Shown one piece after another: positions 18,772 to 28,468 of a DNA stretch of 64,000 nucleotides. The stretch lies in NCBI GenBank assembly GCA_963816145.1, contig CAWFJP010000014.1, positions 608,001 through 672,000 on the forward strand. Direction: 5' to 3'. Source of the DNA: an uncultured delta proteobacterium (lineage in GTDB: Bacteria; Desulfobacterota; Binatia; UBA9968). The notes beneath the pieces are model-generated. The model was not told the DNA's origin and did not search any database. It saw only the letters and a program-made list of their open reading frames with translations. The translations under genes and the position numbers were made by a program. Numbering within the stretch: position 1 is the stretch's first letter; each line of letters begins with the position of its first letter.

Positions 18772-19782
18772 ATGCCAACCATCGATGCCGATGCTCATGT
18801 GATCGAATGCGAACAAACTTGGTCCTACATCGAAAACGAAAAGCTCCGCCCGTACATGATCACGCCGGGCGGCGGCCGGCCGCAGAACTGGTTGATCGAC
18901 GGGCGAGTGTTTCACCGCGGCGTCAATCTCGACAAAGGCTTGCTGCTCGATATCTGCGAGATGCGCGATATCAAAGGCCGGCTCAAACATATGGACGAGT
19001 TGGAGATCGATGTTCAAGTGCTCTACCCGTCGCTGTTTCTCCGGCCGCTGACCCTCAAGGCCGAGGTCGAAAATGCCCTCTGCCGGAGCTACAACCAGTG
19101 GGTGATCGACGTATGCAAGAAGGGTGAAGGGCGTCTCGAATGGATTGCCCAAGTTCCGGTGATCGACATCCCGAGCACGGTGGCGGAGATCGAATTCGCC
19201 AGAGCCAACGGCGCCTGCGGCATCTTCTTGCGCGGCATGATCGACGACAAGCGCTTGAGCAACCCTGCTTTTTTTCCCATTTATGCCGCCGCGGAAAAAG
19301 CCGCGCTGCCGGTTTGCGTGCACGCCTCCACCGGTAACTTCGACTGGATGGAGATGTTCGACGGCGAGAGCGGTTTCATGCGCTTCAAAGCGCCGGTGTT
19401 GTCGGGTTTCCACTCGATTGTCCACGACGGTATTCCGAAAAGATTTCCCAAATTGAAATTCGCTTTCATCGAAGTGCGCGCCCAGTGGATCCCCTACATG
19501 GCCATCGAGATCGCCCGGCGCTTCGAGCGCGCCGACAATTCCGTCGCGCGCAATCTCATCCGCGACAACCATGTCTGGGTGACATGCCAGACCGACGACG
19601 ACCTGCCGCAGGTGCTCAAGTATTCCGGCGAGGACAATATCATCATCGGCTCCGACTATGGCCACAACGACACGTCGTCTGAGATCGAGGCGCTGCGCAC
19701 GATCAAAACCAAGGGTGAGGTCGAGCCGCGCATCATCGACAAGATTCTTTACGACAATGCCAAGGCGCTTTATGGGATCTGA
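18772..19782 (+). CDS. Amidohydrolase_2 family protein (LigW/ACMSD-like)
   Basis: IDADAHV, PVCVH, RFPKLKFAFIE, GSDYGHND; GGAGG RBS. Confidence 0.9.
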   Translation: MPTIDADAHVIECEQTWSYIENEKLRPYMITPGGGRPQNWLIDGRVFHRGVNLDKGLLLDICEMRDIKGRLKHMDELEIDVQVLYPSLFLRPLTLKAEVENALCRSYNQWVIDVCKKGEGRLEWIAQVPVIDIPSTVAEIEFARANGACGIFLRGMIDDKRLSNPAFFPIYAAAEKAALPVCVHASTGNFDWMEMFDGESGFMRFKAPVLSGFHSIVHDGIPKRFPKLKFAFIEVRAQWIPYMAIEIARRFERADNSVARNLIRDNHVWVTCQTDDDLPQVLKYSGEDNIIIGSDYGHNDTSSEIEALRTIKTKGEVEPRIIDKILYDNAKALYGI

Positions 19783-19787
19783 AGGGG

Positions 19788-19870
19788 AAAGGATGAAATT
19801 AGAAGGATGAAGGATGAAGTTGAGAGGATTTAGACCGATGCCCGTGGTTTCATCCTTCCGCCTTCATCCT
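19788..19870. repeat. AAGGATG 7-nt tandem inverted repeat overlapping the SBP start
   Basis: AAGGATGAA..GAAGGATGAAGGATGAA / TTCATCCTTCCGCCTTCATCCT; related copy at ~31165-31235. Confidence 0.7.
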
Positions 19871-20812
19871 CCATACTTGTTGCCAATCTTGTTGGTATTT
19901 CTCGCTTTCGTTTCCACCGTTTCCGCCCAGGATAAACTGCGCGTCGCTCCATCCTCTCCCGGCCTGGCGTCGTGGCCGGTGCAGTTGGCGGTTAAAGAAG
20001 GATTCTTCGCCAAGGAAGGTTTGACGGCGGAGATCATCGTCATGCGTACCAACACCGGCATCGCCGCGCTGGTGACCGGCGCCATCGACTTCACGACGGC
20101 GGGCGGCTCGGCCATCCGCGCGGCGGTCAATGGCGCGCCTTTGAAAATGATTCTCAACATTACCAAGAAAGCCGACTTGTGGATCGTCGCGCAGAAAAAT
20201 ATCCAGCGGGTCGAGGATCTGCGCGGCAAGATGATCGGCGTCGGCGGCAACTGGGGCACTCAGTTCTACCAAGTGCTCGAAGCGTTGAAGCCGTCCGGCG
20301 TCGACAAGGATGTGCAGCTGGTTTCCACCGGCGATGTCGCAAACGGCTTTCTAACCTTGCAGCAAGGCAGTATGCCCGCAGTGGCGCTGACGCCGCCGTA
20401 CAGCATGCTTGCCAAGAAGCAGGGCTATCGCGATCTGGTGAAGACCAGTGACGTGATCCCGGTGTCGCCCACGACCGGACTGGTAACGACCAAGGAGAAG
20501 CTGGAAAAAGAAGCGCCGAAGATTCGCCGGGCCATCCGAGCGGTATTTCGCGCGGTGGACTTTGCCAGGACTCGGAAGGGCGAGACTGTCCAGTTCATCA
20601 TGAATCAATACAAGATGGACAAGGACGTGTCGGAAGCGGTCTACGACGCGATTATGGAAACGCTCAATCCGACCCTCTCGCTCGCTGACCAAGAAGTGCA
20701 GATCGAGCTCAATCGCATCGCCGAGCAGACCAAGATGAAGATTACCGCCAAACCTTCAGACTTAGCGGATTTCTCACTGGCGCGACAAGTGGCACAGGAG
20801 CTGGGAAGGTAA
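19814..20812 (+). CDS. ABC substrate-binding protein, NMT1/THI5-like (start 19814 or 19838)
   Basis: AVKEGFFAKEGL, ALVTGAIDF, DLRGKMIGV; signal ending VSA-QD. Confidence 0.85.
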   Translation: MKLRGFRPMPVVSSFRLHPPYLLPILLVFLAFVSTVSAQDKLRVAPSSPGLASWPVQLAVKEGFFAKEGLTAEIIVMRTNTGIAALVTGAIDFTTAGGSAIRAAVNGAPLKMILNITKKADLWIVAQKNIQRVEDLRGKMIGVGGNWGTQFYQVLEALKPSGVDKDVQLVSTGDVANGFLTLQQGSMPAVALTPPYSMLAKKQGYRDLVKTSDVIPVSPTTGLVTTKEKLEKEAPKIRRAIRAVFRAVDFARTRKGETVQFIMNQYKMDKDVSEAVYDAIMETLNPTLSLADQEVQIELNRIAEQTKMKITAKPSDLADFSLARQVAQELGR

Positions 20813-20825
20813 GAAATCACAGCAC

Positions 20826-20930
20826 TCCCCTAGTTCCTCTCCCGTTCGACGGGGGAAGGTTAGGATGGGGGTGATTTCTATCGCGCGTGCCCCAATGACT
20901 CGGTCCTCACCCGTCGAACGGGGGAGGACG
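20826..20930. repeat. Double-hairpin REP-like element between convergent genes
   Basis: CCTCTCCCGTTCGACGGGGGAAGG...GGGGGTG and CCTCACCCGTCGAACGGGGGAGG. Confidence 0.7.
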
Positions 20931-20961
20931 CAAGACGGGCACCCGAGAAATTTTGAACCGG

Positions 20962-22044
20962 CTACAAGCTATACAATTTCGCCGCATTCTCGCCCATGAG
21001 TTTCGCCTTCAACCCATCGGTCAAATCTTTGCGCTCCATCACTTCTTCCACCGTGTGGGGAAATTTCGAGTCGCTGTGGTTGTAGTCGGTGGCGAAGACT
21101 AAGCGTTCGGCGCCGACGAAACCGGCGACGTAGGGCAGCATTTTTTCTTCCATCTCGAAGGCGTAGAACATCTGGCCGCTTTTCATGTATTCGCTCGGCG
21201 GCTTGGTCAGCCAGGGAACCGTCGGTTGGAGGATTTCGTAGTGTTCGTCCAAGCGCTCCATCCAGTAGGGCACCCAGCCGCAGCCGGCTTCCATGAAAGC
21301 GAATTTCAATTTGGGAAAGCGTTCGAGCAAGCCGCCGCAGACGACGCACAGCGCGGCGATCATTTGCTCGAATGGATGGGCCATGGCGTGGCTGTACAGC
21401 GGATGGTCGAAGCGCTCGGTGCCCGCCGGCACGCCGTCGCCGGCGCCGACGTGTATGCACACAGGCACGTTCAAGCGCTCGGCTTCGGCAAAAAACGGAT
21501 AGAGGTCGGGGTCGTCAAGATTTTTCTTGGACGCCGAAACCGGCGGCGCGGCGACGGCGACGAATTTCAATTCTTCGACAGCACGTCGCAGCTCTTTCAC
21601 CGCCGCAGCAGGATCTTGAATCGCCACCGCGGCAACGCCTTTGAGCCGGCGATTGTCGGTTTTGCAGTAGCCGGCAAGCCAGTTGTTGTAGACGCGCGCC
21701 ACGGCGGAGGCCAAGTCTTTGTCCTGGACGAACGGCAAGCTCAAAAACGGCGAGGTGCCGAATAACACCGCGGTGTCGATACCTTCCAAATCCATGTCTT
21801 TCAAGCGCACGACCGGATCGGTCATGCCGGTGGTGGGCTGGGGGTGATGGCTGCGCGGCGCGCCGACGAAGCTGCAAGCTTTGCCTACAGGCGTAGGCGT
21901 CAATTTACCTTCCATCATGACGAAGGTGAAGCCGCGATTGTCCTTGACTGCTCTCGGAGCGCGATCGCGGTAGGGGGCTTCGAGTAAATCGGCCCAGGGA
22001 ATATCGCGTTCCAAAACATGTCCATCGGCGTCGATAATGCGCAT
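20962..22044 (-). CDS. Amidohydrolase_2 family protein
   Basis: IIDADGHV, PVCIH, ERFPKLKFAFMEAGCGWVP, FATDYNHSD. Confidence 0.9.
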   Translation of the reverse strand: MRIIDADGHVLERDIPWADLLEAPYRDRAPRAVKDNRGFTFVMMEGKLTPTPVGKACSFVGAPRSHHPQPTTGMTDPVVRLKDMDLEGIDTAVLFGTSPFLSLPFVQDKDLASAVARVYNNWLAGYCKTDNRRLKGVAAVAIQDPAAAVKELRRAVEELKFVAVAAPPVSASKKNLDDPDLYPFFAEAERLNVPVCIHVGAGDGVPAGTERFDHPLYSHAMAHPFEQMIAALCVVCGGLLERFPKLKFAFMEAGCGWVPYWMERLDEHYEILQPTVPWLTKPPSEYMKSGQMFYAFEMEEKMLPYVAGFVGAERLVFATDYNHSDSKFPHTVEEVMERKDLTDGLKAKLMGENAAKLYSL

Positions 22045-22157
22045 GAGTGCTGCCTCGTCTTTCTTAGCTTGTTGAGATTACATGAGTAGCAGAAAGCCGA
22101 TTGCTTTCTCAAGGGCGCGCTCCTTCTCGCGCCTGTTGCCTCGTGCCTCATGCCTAT

Positions 22158-23181
22158 TCACTTCACTTGTCCGGGAAATATTTTTGACGCGTAATCGCGA
22201 TTGACCTCTTTGATCAGCGTGTTGTCGAAGAACCGGCGTGGGTCAAGGTCGGTGGCTTTGGCCACCGTCGATTGTTCTAGGACGAGCTTGATCGCATCGG
22301 CATCGACGGTCATATCTTTGTTCCAGACTTTCTTGCCCTCCTGGTAGCTCTCCTCCAGTAACTTCGGATCGGTCACTTTGGTATAGAAGGCTTCGACTTG
22401 TTTGGCGGCGCGCGGGTCTTCAATCGCGCGTTTGATGCCGTCGAGATAGCCCATCAAGAAGATTTTCAGGGTGTTGGGATTTTTCCGGACGAACGAGCGC
22501 GCGACACCGGTGCCGGGGCCGATGATTTTCAAGCCGCGTTGGAAGTAGTCGATGATGACTGGGTAGCCTTTACTCTTGGCCATTTCGGTTTGCGGCGGCG
22601 TGACGATTAGACCGTCGGCGTTGTTTAGCATGAACGTCTGGAGGGCATCGGGCGGGCCTTTGTGATAGAGCAGTTTGATGTCCCTGCCGATTTCCATGCC
22701 GCGTTCCTTGGCAGTCTTGCGCATGGCGATCTCGCCGAAGGCACCGACGGAAGTCGTGGCCACAGCTTTACCGCGCAATCCTTCAAATGTGGTGACTGCC
22801 TTTCTGACCGAACAGGACCAAGGTGCTTTTATCGACCGCGGCGCCGATGTATATGACATCGGAGCCGGCGACATTGGCATGAATCGTTGCCGTGCCGCCC
22901 TGATAAATATCTACTTGCCCGGACAGGAGCGCTTGGGCCGAGGCGGTGGCACTAAGAACCGTCAGGTTCACTTTTAAACCCCTTTTGTCGAAGTAGCCGG
23001 CATCGGCGGCGAGCAGCAGCGGTAAATAAAGCGGCCCGGTGGCGGCGATGGCGACTTCGAGCGTGGTTTTCTCTGGTTTCAACGCCGGGCCTTGGGCGTG
23101 CGAGTTCGTGGCTAATGAGGAGATCAACGCCAGAGCGGCAATCGTCAGAGCGGGTTGGCGTAGAATGTAATGTTTCAACAT
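22158..23181 (-). CDS. ABC substrate-binding protein, NMT1/THI5-like, with a +1 frameshift near 22797
   Basis: ORF 22783-23238 gives the N-half (AADAGYFDKRGL) and 22158-22880 the C-half. Removing one base gives FGQKG-VTTFEGLRGKAVA; AGGAG RBS before ATG 23181. Confidence 0.8.
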
Positions 23182-23229
23182 GATCGGTCTCCTAAATTTT
23201 TGCTGTTTCTGGTTGTGGTGCGAAGAAAT

Positions 23230-23502
23230 CTTTACCACAGAGTGTTCATGAGCTTATGCTCGTCTACAGAGTATGAAATTGCCCGGTACCCCGCCACAGG
23301 TTCTTTCATTGATCCGTCATGCCGGCGCAGGCCGGCATCCAAGGGAGGGCGGGGATGGATACCGGCTTTCGCCGGTATGACGAAACCTTCGTGCCAAGTC
23401 GTGGCCCGAATCCAACCTGCGCATGTATTTTCGAATGAGGCACAGAGTTCGCAGAGTTCGGAATAGTTATTGATCGGAAAATCTTTTCTCGGCGATCTCT
23501 GC
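23230..23502. repeat. Nested repeat block: CACAGAG/CGCAGAG-type repeat with an internal GTCATGCCGGC...CCGGTATGAC palindrome
   Basis: CGTCATGCCGGCGCAGGCCGGCATCCA...TGGATACCGGCTTTCGCCGGTATGACG at ~23315-23382; sister copy at ~35793-35878. Confidence 0.7.
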
Positions 23503-25369
23503 GGTCATGAGAAAAAATTGATTTATCGTAATCTGGATTGATCCTACGCCTCGGCGTTTTTTCTTTTTTGGAAAAAACTCATCTTTGCCGTAATTATTCG
23601 GATGCGAAACTTTGAACCGCTGTTGAGCGGCTCAAAACTGGCCGATTTTCTCTTCTACACGACGTGTTTCTCCCTTTTCTCTACGCAGGCTGCACCACCG
23701 CTGCTTTTCTCCAGCATAGCCGCATCCACACTCGGATGTTGTAGGTGAGACACGCCCAGAGCGCTTCCATCCCCACCTTGGCTAACCCGCGCACGCTGAA
23801 CTGGCGTAGCCCAAACTTCGCCTTGATCCACAGATTGGGCGTCTCGGCCACCTGGGCTCTGGTTTTGTAGATCTCGCGCGCTCGTTGTGTCTCCATCTTC
23901 TGACGAAACTCGGCCACTTCGGCCAACTCTTCGCTGCGATGCACCGACCGCCCCGTCACTCGATTCCCAGGACAACACTGGCTCTTCATCGGACATCCCT
24001 GGCAGTCCGATCTCTGCGCTCGATACCGGTAGCTCAGCTGCAGGTGGCGCTCTTCTTTGCCTTCATACTTCAGGATCTTTCCCTGCGGACAACGATAACT
24101 ATTGCTCTGAGCATCGTAGATAAACTGGGAGCTTTGATACTCGGCGCTCACGCCGCGGTTGTCATAGGAACTCTGTCCCTTGCCCACCTCATCGACACAC
24201 GGCGCGATGTACTCGATTTCGCGCTCCTTCATCGCCACGATCGTCTCTTTACTGACATAGCCGCCGTCGGTGACCACTTCTTTGGGAGTCTCGCCTTGGT
24301 TCTGTAGCACTCGGTCAATCCCAGGCGCCAATTGCTCGAAGTCATTGCCCGCTTGCACCACTCCCACCGCCACCACCACACCGTTCTTTGCATCGGTGTC
24401 AATCTGCACATTGTAGCTCGGCGCATACCCACTCCCAGGCTGTTTCATCACTCGCGCTTGGGGATCGCTCGTGCTCACTCGTCTTTGCTCTTTGTCCTTG
24501 TCTTGTTTTTCCTGTTGCTCAAATTCCTTGAGCGCTTGCTCTAGCCGCTCCTGGCGCTCGCGGGCCGCTCGCTGGCGTGCCTTGGCCATGCGCCGGCTGG
24601 TTTCCTCTTCGCTCTGCGCTTGGAGCGCGGCCACTTGCTCCTTGGCTTCGTTGAGCGCTTTTTCGACTCGCTCTTGGCGACGAAAACTATCCGCTGCTGC
24701 CTTGGCTCTGATCTTGGTCCCGTCCTGCATCACTCGTTCCAGCGTGATCAATCCATCGGTACTCAGTAGCCCCAAGGCCTGCACAAACAGCCCATTGAGC
24801 GCCTTGTCGTGCTTGACCCGAAAGTCCGATAGCGTATGGGCATTGACCACTCTTGATCCCGTCAGCCACTGGTAGGCTGGCTCCCATTCACATAACTCTT
24901 CGATCGCTCGCGCTGATCCGACTCCTTTACTGTACCCATACACCCACAGGCTGATCAGTAACCGCGGCTCCCATCCCGGCCGTCCCGCTTGGCCTTCTAC
25001 CGCTCGTGCCTCTTGCTGGTATGCGCTTAAATCAAGACGCCCGATAAACTCCCACACCGCCCGGGCTGGATGGTCGGCCCCGATCAGCCGCTCGATATCG
25101 ATCTGCCGCCAACACAGCTGCTCGCGGTCGATCACTTCGTAACGCGGCTTGCCCATCCTGGCCGCCGACCTCTGCTTGGCTTGCGCTTCACTTCCAACCG
25201 CCGATTCACATCCGGGTAACCTTTCCTGTTCTATCCCCACTCTTCCCTCTCCTCCTCCGCTTCGGTTCCTGTGCGACTTTGATTATAAAACCTCGGCTCT
25301 TGCTCTGAACTTCACTATGCTCCTATATATACTACGAACATGAGCCGCTGGAGATTTTTTCTCACGTCC
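23503..25369 (-). mobile_element. IS1182-family insertion sequence (1867 bp)
   Basis: Terminal IRs GGTCATGAGAAAAAAT (23503-23518) / ATTTTTTCTCACGTCC (25354-25369), 14 of 16 match; splits a CTCTGC...GCCTCCGCGGTG repeat arm. Confidence 0.85.
23681..25240 (-). CDS. IS1182-family DDE transposase
   Basis: DHPARAVW, GRPGWEP, HTLSDFR, DGTKIRA, STSDPQAR, YNVQ, TDGGY, YRCPQG, CQGCPMKSQC, R...ETP..WIK..FG.RQF..RG. Confidence 0.95.
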   Translation of the reverse strand: MGIEQERLPGCESAVGSEAQAKQRSAARMGKPRYEVIDREQLCWRQIDIERLIGADHPARAVWEFIGRLDLSAYQQEARAVEGQAGRPGWEPRLLISLWVYGYSKGVGSARAIEELCEWEPAYQWLTGSRVVNAHTLSDFRVKHDKALNGLFVQALGLLSTDGLITLERVMQDGTKIRAKAAADSFRRQERVEKALNEAKEQVAALQAQSEEETSRRMAKARQRAARERQERLEQALKEFEQQEKQDKDKEQRRVSTSDPQARVMKQPGSGYAPSYNVQIDTDAKNGVVVAVGVVQAGNDFEQLAPGIDRVLQNQGETPKEVVTDGGYVSKETIVAMKEREIEYIAPCVDEVGKGQSSYDNRGVSAEYQSSQFIYDAQSNSYRCPQGKILKYEGKEERHLQLSYRYRAQRSDCQGCPMKSQCCPGNRVTGRSVHRSEELAEVAEFRQKMETQRAREIYKTRAQVAETPNLWIKAKFGLRQFSVRGLAKVGMEALWACLTYNIRVWMRLCWRKAAVVQPA

Positions 25370-25449
25370 AGCGCCTCCGCGGTGGAACCTCCGATCCCTG
25401 GTTCAAAGTAAAGTCTGTAAACACAAGTGACTCAACATCCCCGCATAAG

Positions 25450-26469
25450 TCATTTCGGTATCAGGGTGCTGATCAGTTTCGCTTTGGTCGCGGGATTTAA
25501 TTTGAACAGATCGTCGACCAATTTCTTGACCTCTTCGCCGGTGAGCGGGTTGATGTCGAGATTGGCTTTCTTTGCTTCAACGACAAACTCGGGATCGGTC
25601 AAAGTCTTGGCAAGCGCATTGCGCAGGATCTGCAAGCGATCTGTAGGAATGCGGGGGGTTGTTACGTAGACGCGGACGATGGCAGCAGGGTCGATGGCTC
25701 CAGCTCGCAACAGTAGCTTGGCTTCGTCGCTCTTAGCGAGATCGAGAGCCAAGGGCGCGTTGGGAATATCCGGCAGTTTTTTCGCCGTTACCTGCAAGAC
25801 GACATTAACGTCGCCCGCCGGAATCGCCTTGGCCCAGGCGGTTTTTAGTGTCTCCCACGCCCAGCACGCGCCATGCAGTTCACCGGCGTCAACCGCGAGG
25901 CGAATCTCGTTAGTTCCTTTATATCCTTCGACCAGCTGCACGGGCAGATTGAGGGCGGTTTGAATGATGCGCGCGACATCGCTGGTGCTGTTGCCGGGAC
26001 TCAAGCCGCCCAATTTGATTGGCGTCTTTGACGACGCCCATTGTTCCATGTTGGTCACGCCGCTGGTTCGGCTCAAGGCGCAGACCGGGTTGTCTTGAAC
26101 CGGTACGCCTAGATATTCCAGCTCGCGCATATCGATGTCGATACCCTTCATGCCGAGGACCCGGCCGAGGATCAATCCGCCGTTGAACATGCCGATGGAC
26201 AGGCCATCCGGTTTGGCGCTGCCGTGCACATACTTTGCGGCGATGAAAGTTCCCGCGCCGGTCATGTTTTCGACGATCAAGGACGGGTTGCCCGGAATAT
26301 GTTTGCCCATGTGGCGCGCCATGGCTCGAGTGTAAATGTCGAAGCCGCCGCCGGGGCTGCCGCCGACGATGACGCGAATGACTTTACCGCGATAAAAATC
26401 TTCAGCGATAACAGGATGAGACGCCGCCAGCGAAAAAGTGCAGAGCAACAGTACGGACCGGAATTTCAT
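25450..26469 (-). CDS. Tripartite tricarboxylate transporter substrate-binding protein (Bug/TctC family)
   Basis: FYRGKVIRVIVGGSPGGGFD, VENMTGAG, KPDGL, GYKGT....A...GE; GGAGG RBS. Confidence 0.9.
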   Translation of the reverse strand: MKFRSVLLLCTFSLAASHPVIAEDFYRGKVIRVIVGGSPGGGFDIYTRAMARHMGKHIPGNPSLIVENMTGAGTFIAAKYVHGSAKPDGLSIGMFNGGLILGRVLGMKGIDIDMRELEYLGVPVQDNPVCALSRTSGVTNMEQWASSKTPIKLGGLSPGNSTSDVARIIQTALNLPVQLVEGYKGTNEIRLAVDAGELHGACWAWETLKTAWAKAIPAGDVNVVLQVTAKKLPDIPNAPLALDLAKSDEAKLLLRAGAIDPAAIVRVYVTTPRIPTDRLQILRNALAKTLTDPEFVVEAKKANLDINPLTGEEVKKLVDDLFKLNPATKAKLISTLIPK

Positions 26470-26673
26470 CGGCATGCCTCCGAGTTGGCTGATTATGGTG
26501 GAATTCAGGTTCAAGTCAACGTCTGTTGCTGCACCAGGATCACGGTCCCCTGGGGAATGGGTGTAACCGCATTTCTTTGCTGAAGAAGAGGTTTTTCATG
26601 CGCGCGTCGGTGTCCAGTCAGGAGTCAGGAGATCTCTTTACTACTTACCCCTAGATCCTCACTGCTTTTTCTC

Positions 26674-28131
26674 TTAATACGGTCCGCCGGCACGCTTTCT
26701 TGCTGCATGAAAAGCTTCCGCAGCTTTGTTGATAACCTCCTCGGTGTCGATGGCGACCAGTTCGCCTTTGTGTTTGAGGATTCTGCCGTCGATGACTACG
26801 GTGTCGACATTCGACGGGTTGGCTTGTTGGACCAGCAACAGCGCCGGATTGACGAACGGCGCGACGTTAATGTCGTTGGTTCTGACCATAATTAGATCGG
26901 CGCGTTTGCCCGGGGTCAGCGAGCCGGTGCGGTCGGCGATGCCCAAGTCTTTGGCGCCGTCGAGGGTGGCCAATTCCAAAATCCGTCTGGGTTGCACTTC
27001 CATCACATCCATCGAGCGTAAATGATTCAACTGCAACATGAGGCGCATGATGCTGAACATGTCGGCGTTGCCGCCCACCGTCGTGGTGTCGACTGATAGA
27101 CTGCACTGCACGCCGCGTTTCAATAGATCGCCGAGATAGGGCAGCCCCGAGGCCAGGCGCGAGGCGGTGTAGGGCGCGATGCTATTATGCACCTTGGTCT
27201 CGGCCATCATGGCTCGTTCTTTTTCCGACGCGCTATAGGTGTGAATCAGCTGAACGTCGGGGCCAAGCAACTTGTCGTTGTAGAGCATCTCGATGCGGTG
27301 GAAGCGTTTGATCTCGGCGATGGAACGGCCGGCGTGCTGGGTGATCGGCAGGCCGATGCTGCGCGCGAATTCCCACTCTTTGCGGTAGACCTCCGGCGGC
27401 GTGTCGCCGGCGCCGCGGGAGGCAAACCCGATGGTCAAAAGTCCCTCATTCGATGCACCGAACCATTCCCGTTTGACCCGCGCGATATCGTTGAAGTCAG
27501 CGGTTTCTTTGGGCTTGAGTTGCAAGTTGCGGCTGTAGCCGTAGGAAAAGCGCGCCCGAATGCCGCAGTCGCGCAAGGCGCGCAGGTCAGCGTCGGCGTA
27601 CCGGCCATCGATGATATTATGCGACCAGTCGTGAATCGTCGTCAGGCCGGAATAAATCGCTTCGGTAATTCCCAGCCGTGCGCTGGCGTAGGCATCCTCC
27701 GGCGTCATCACCGGTCCCAACTTGCTCATCACTGGAAAATAGTCGAAGTCGCCGTCGGCGACCACGCCACGGGCGAAGCTGCCCCAGAGATGGAAATGGG
27801 TATCGATGAAGCCGGGACAGGCGATGCGGTTGCGCCCGTCGATGACTTCGGCGTTGGGCGCAGTGAGATTCGCACCGACGGCGACCAACGCGCCGTTGCG
27901 CACGTGGACATCGCCATTCGGTATATCGCCGAGTTTCGGGTCCATGGTTACGACATAAGCATTGCGCACGACGAACTCGCCGCGCGGCGGCAGCATGCCG
28001 GAGGTGCGATCCGCCGCCCATAGACGCGAGCTTTGCCGTGATGTCGCTGAACATGCCGCCAAACCAGCCGCGCTTAGTACAGTCACCGCGCCGATGAAGT
28101 CACGCCGACTAATGATGTTTCTTACCGCCAT
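26674..28131 (-). CDS. Tat-exported amidohydrolase (SAH/MTA deaminase, AtzA-like family)
   Basis: SRRDFI Tat motif with lipobox-like LAAC; PGFIDTHFH, GLPITQH, LSVD, GSLTPGKRAD. Confidence 0.9.
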   Translation of the reverse strand: MAVRNIISRRDFIGAVTVLSAAGLAACSATSRQSSRLWAADRTSGMLPPRGEFVVRNAYVVTMDPKLGDIPNGDVHVRNGALVAVGANLTAPNAEVIDGRNRIACPGFIDTHFHLWGSFARGVVADGDFDYFPVMSKLGPVMTPEDAYASARLGITEAIYSGLTTIHDWSHNIIDGRYADADLRALRDCGIRARFSYGYSRNLQLKPKETADFNDIARVKREWFGASNEGLLTIGFASRGAGDTPPEVYRKEWEFARSIGLPITQHAGRSIAEIKRFHRIEMLYNDKLLGPDVQLIHTYSASEKERAMMAETKVHNSIAPYTASRLASGLPYLGDLLKRGVQCSLSVDTTTVGGNADMFSIMRLMLQLNHLRSMDVMEVQPRRILELATLDGAKDLGIADRTGSLTPGKRADLIMVRTNDINVAPFVNPALLLVQQANPSNVDTVVIDGRILKHKGELVAIDTEEVINKAAEAFHAARKRAGGPY

Positions 28132-28403
28132 AGCTGATTCCCTTCCGGTTCCTTTTTATAAACTCTGCTTCTGTGCGTTTGGATCGTAGTTGCGGAGCAC
28201 TCGACGAGTCAAGATAAAAACCGCCGCGCTACGATAGGTGGGGGGGGGCCTATGGGCCGTATTCTGAGATTTTGGCACCCAGCGGTCGAACAAGGAGGTT
28301 TGATGATCGGGGATATAAACGACACCCGGCGGAATCGCCGCCTTCGAACCTTCATCAACGATCTTCGAGCCCGTAGCTCATTCAACCACCACGGCGCTCC
28401 CTG

Positions 28404-28432
28404 TTGCTTTATCCTGTGACGCTCGCTACAAA
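28404..28432 (+). promoter_or_regulatory. Putative sigma70 promoter of acnA
   Basis: TTGCTT, 17 nt spacer, TACAAA; AAGGAG RBS before ATG 28469. Confidence 0.4.
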
Positions 28433-28468
28433 TTAGGGCCTACCTTCATCTTTACTTAAGGAGCGCTC

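Noticed and set aside
22783-22880. Two separate genes or recoding at the SBP near 22.8 kb
   Set aside because: One extra base at ~22797 explains both ORFs.
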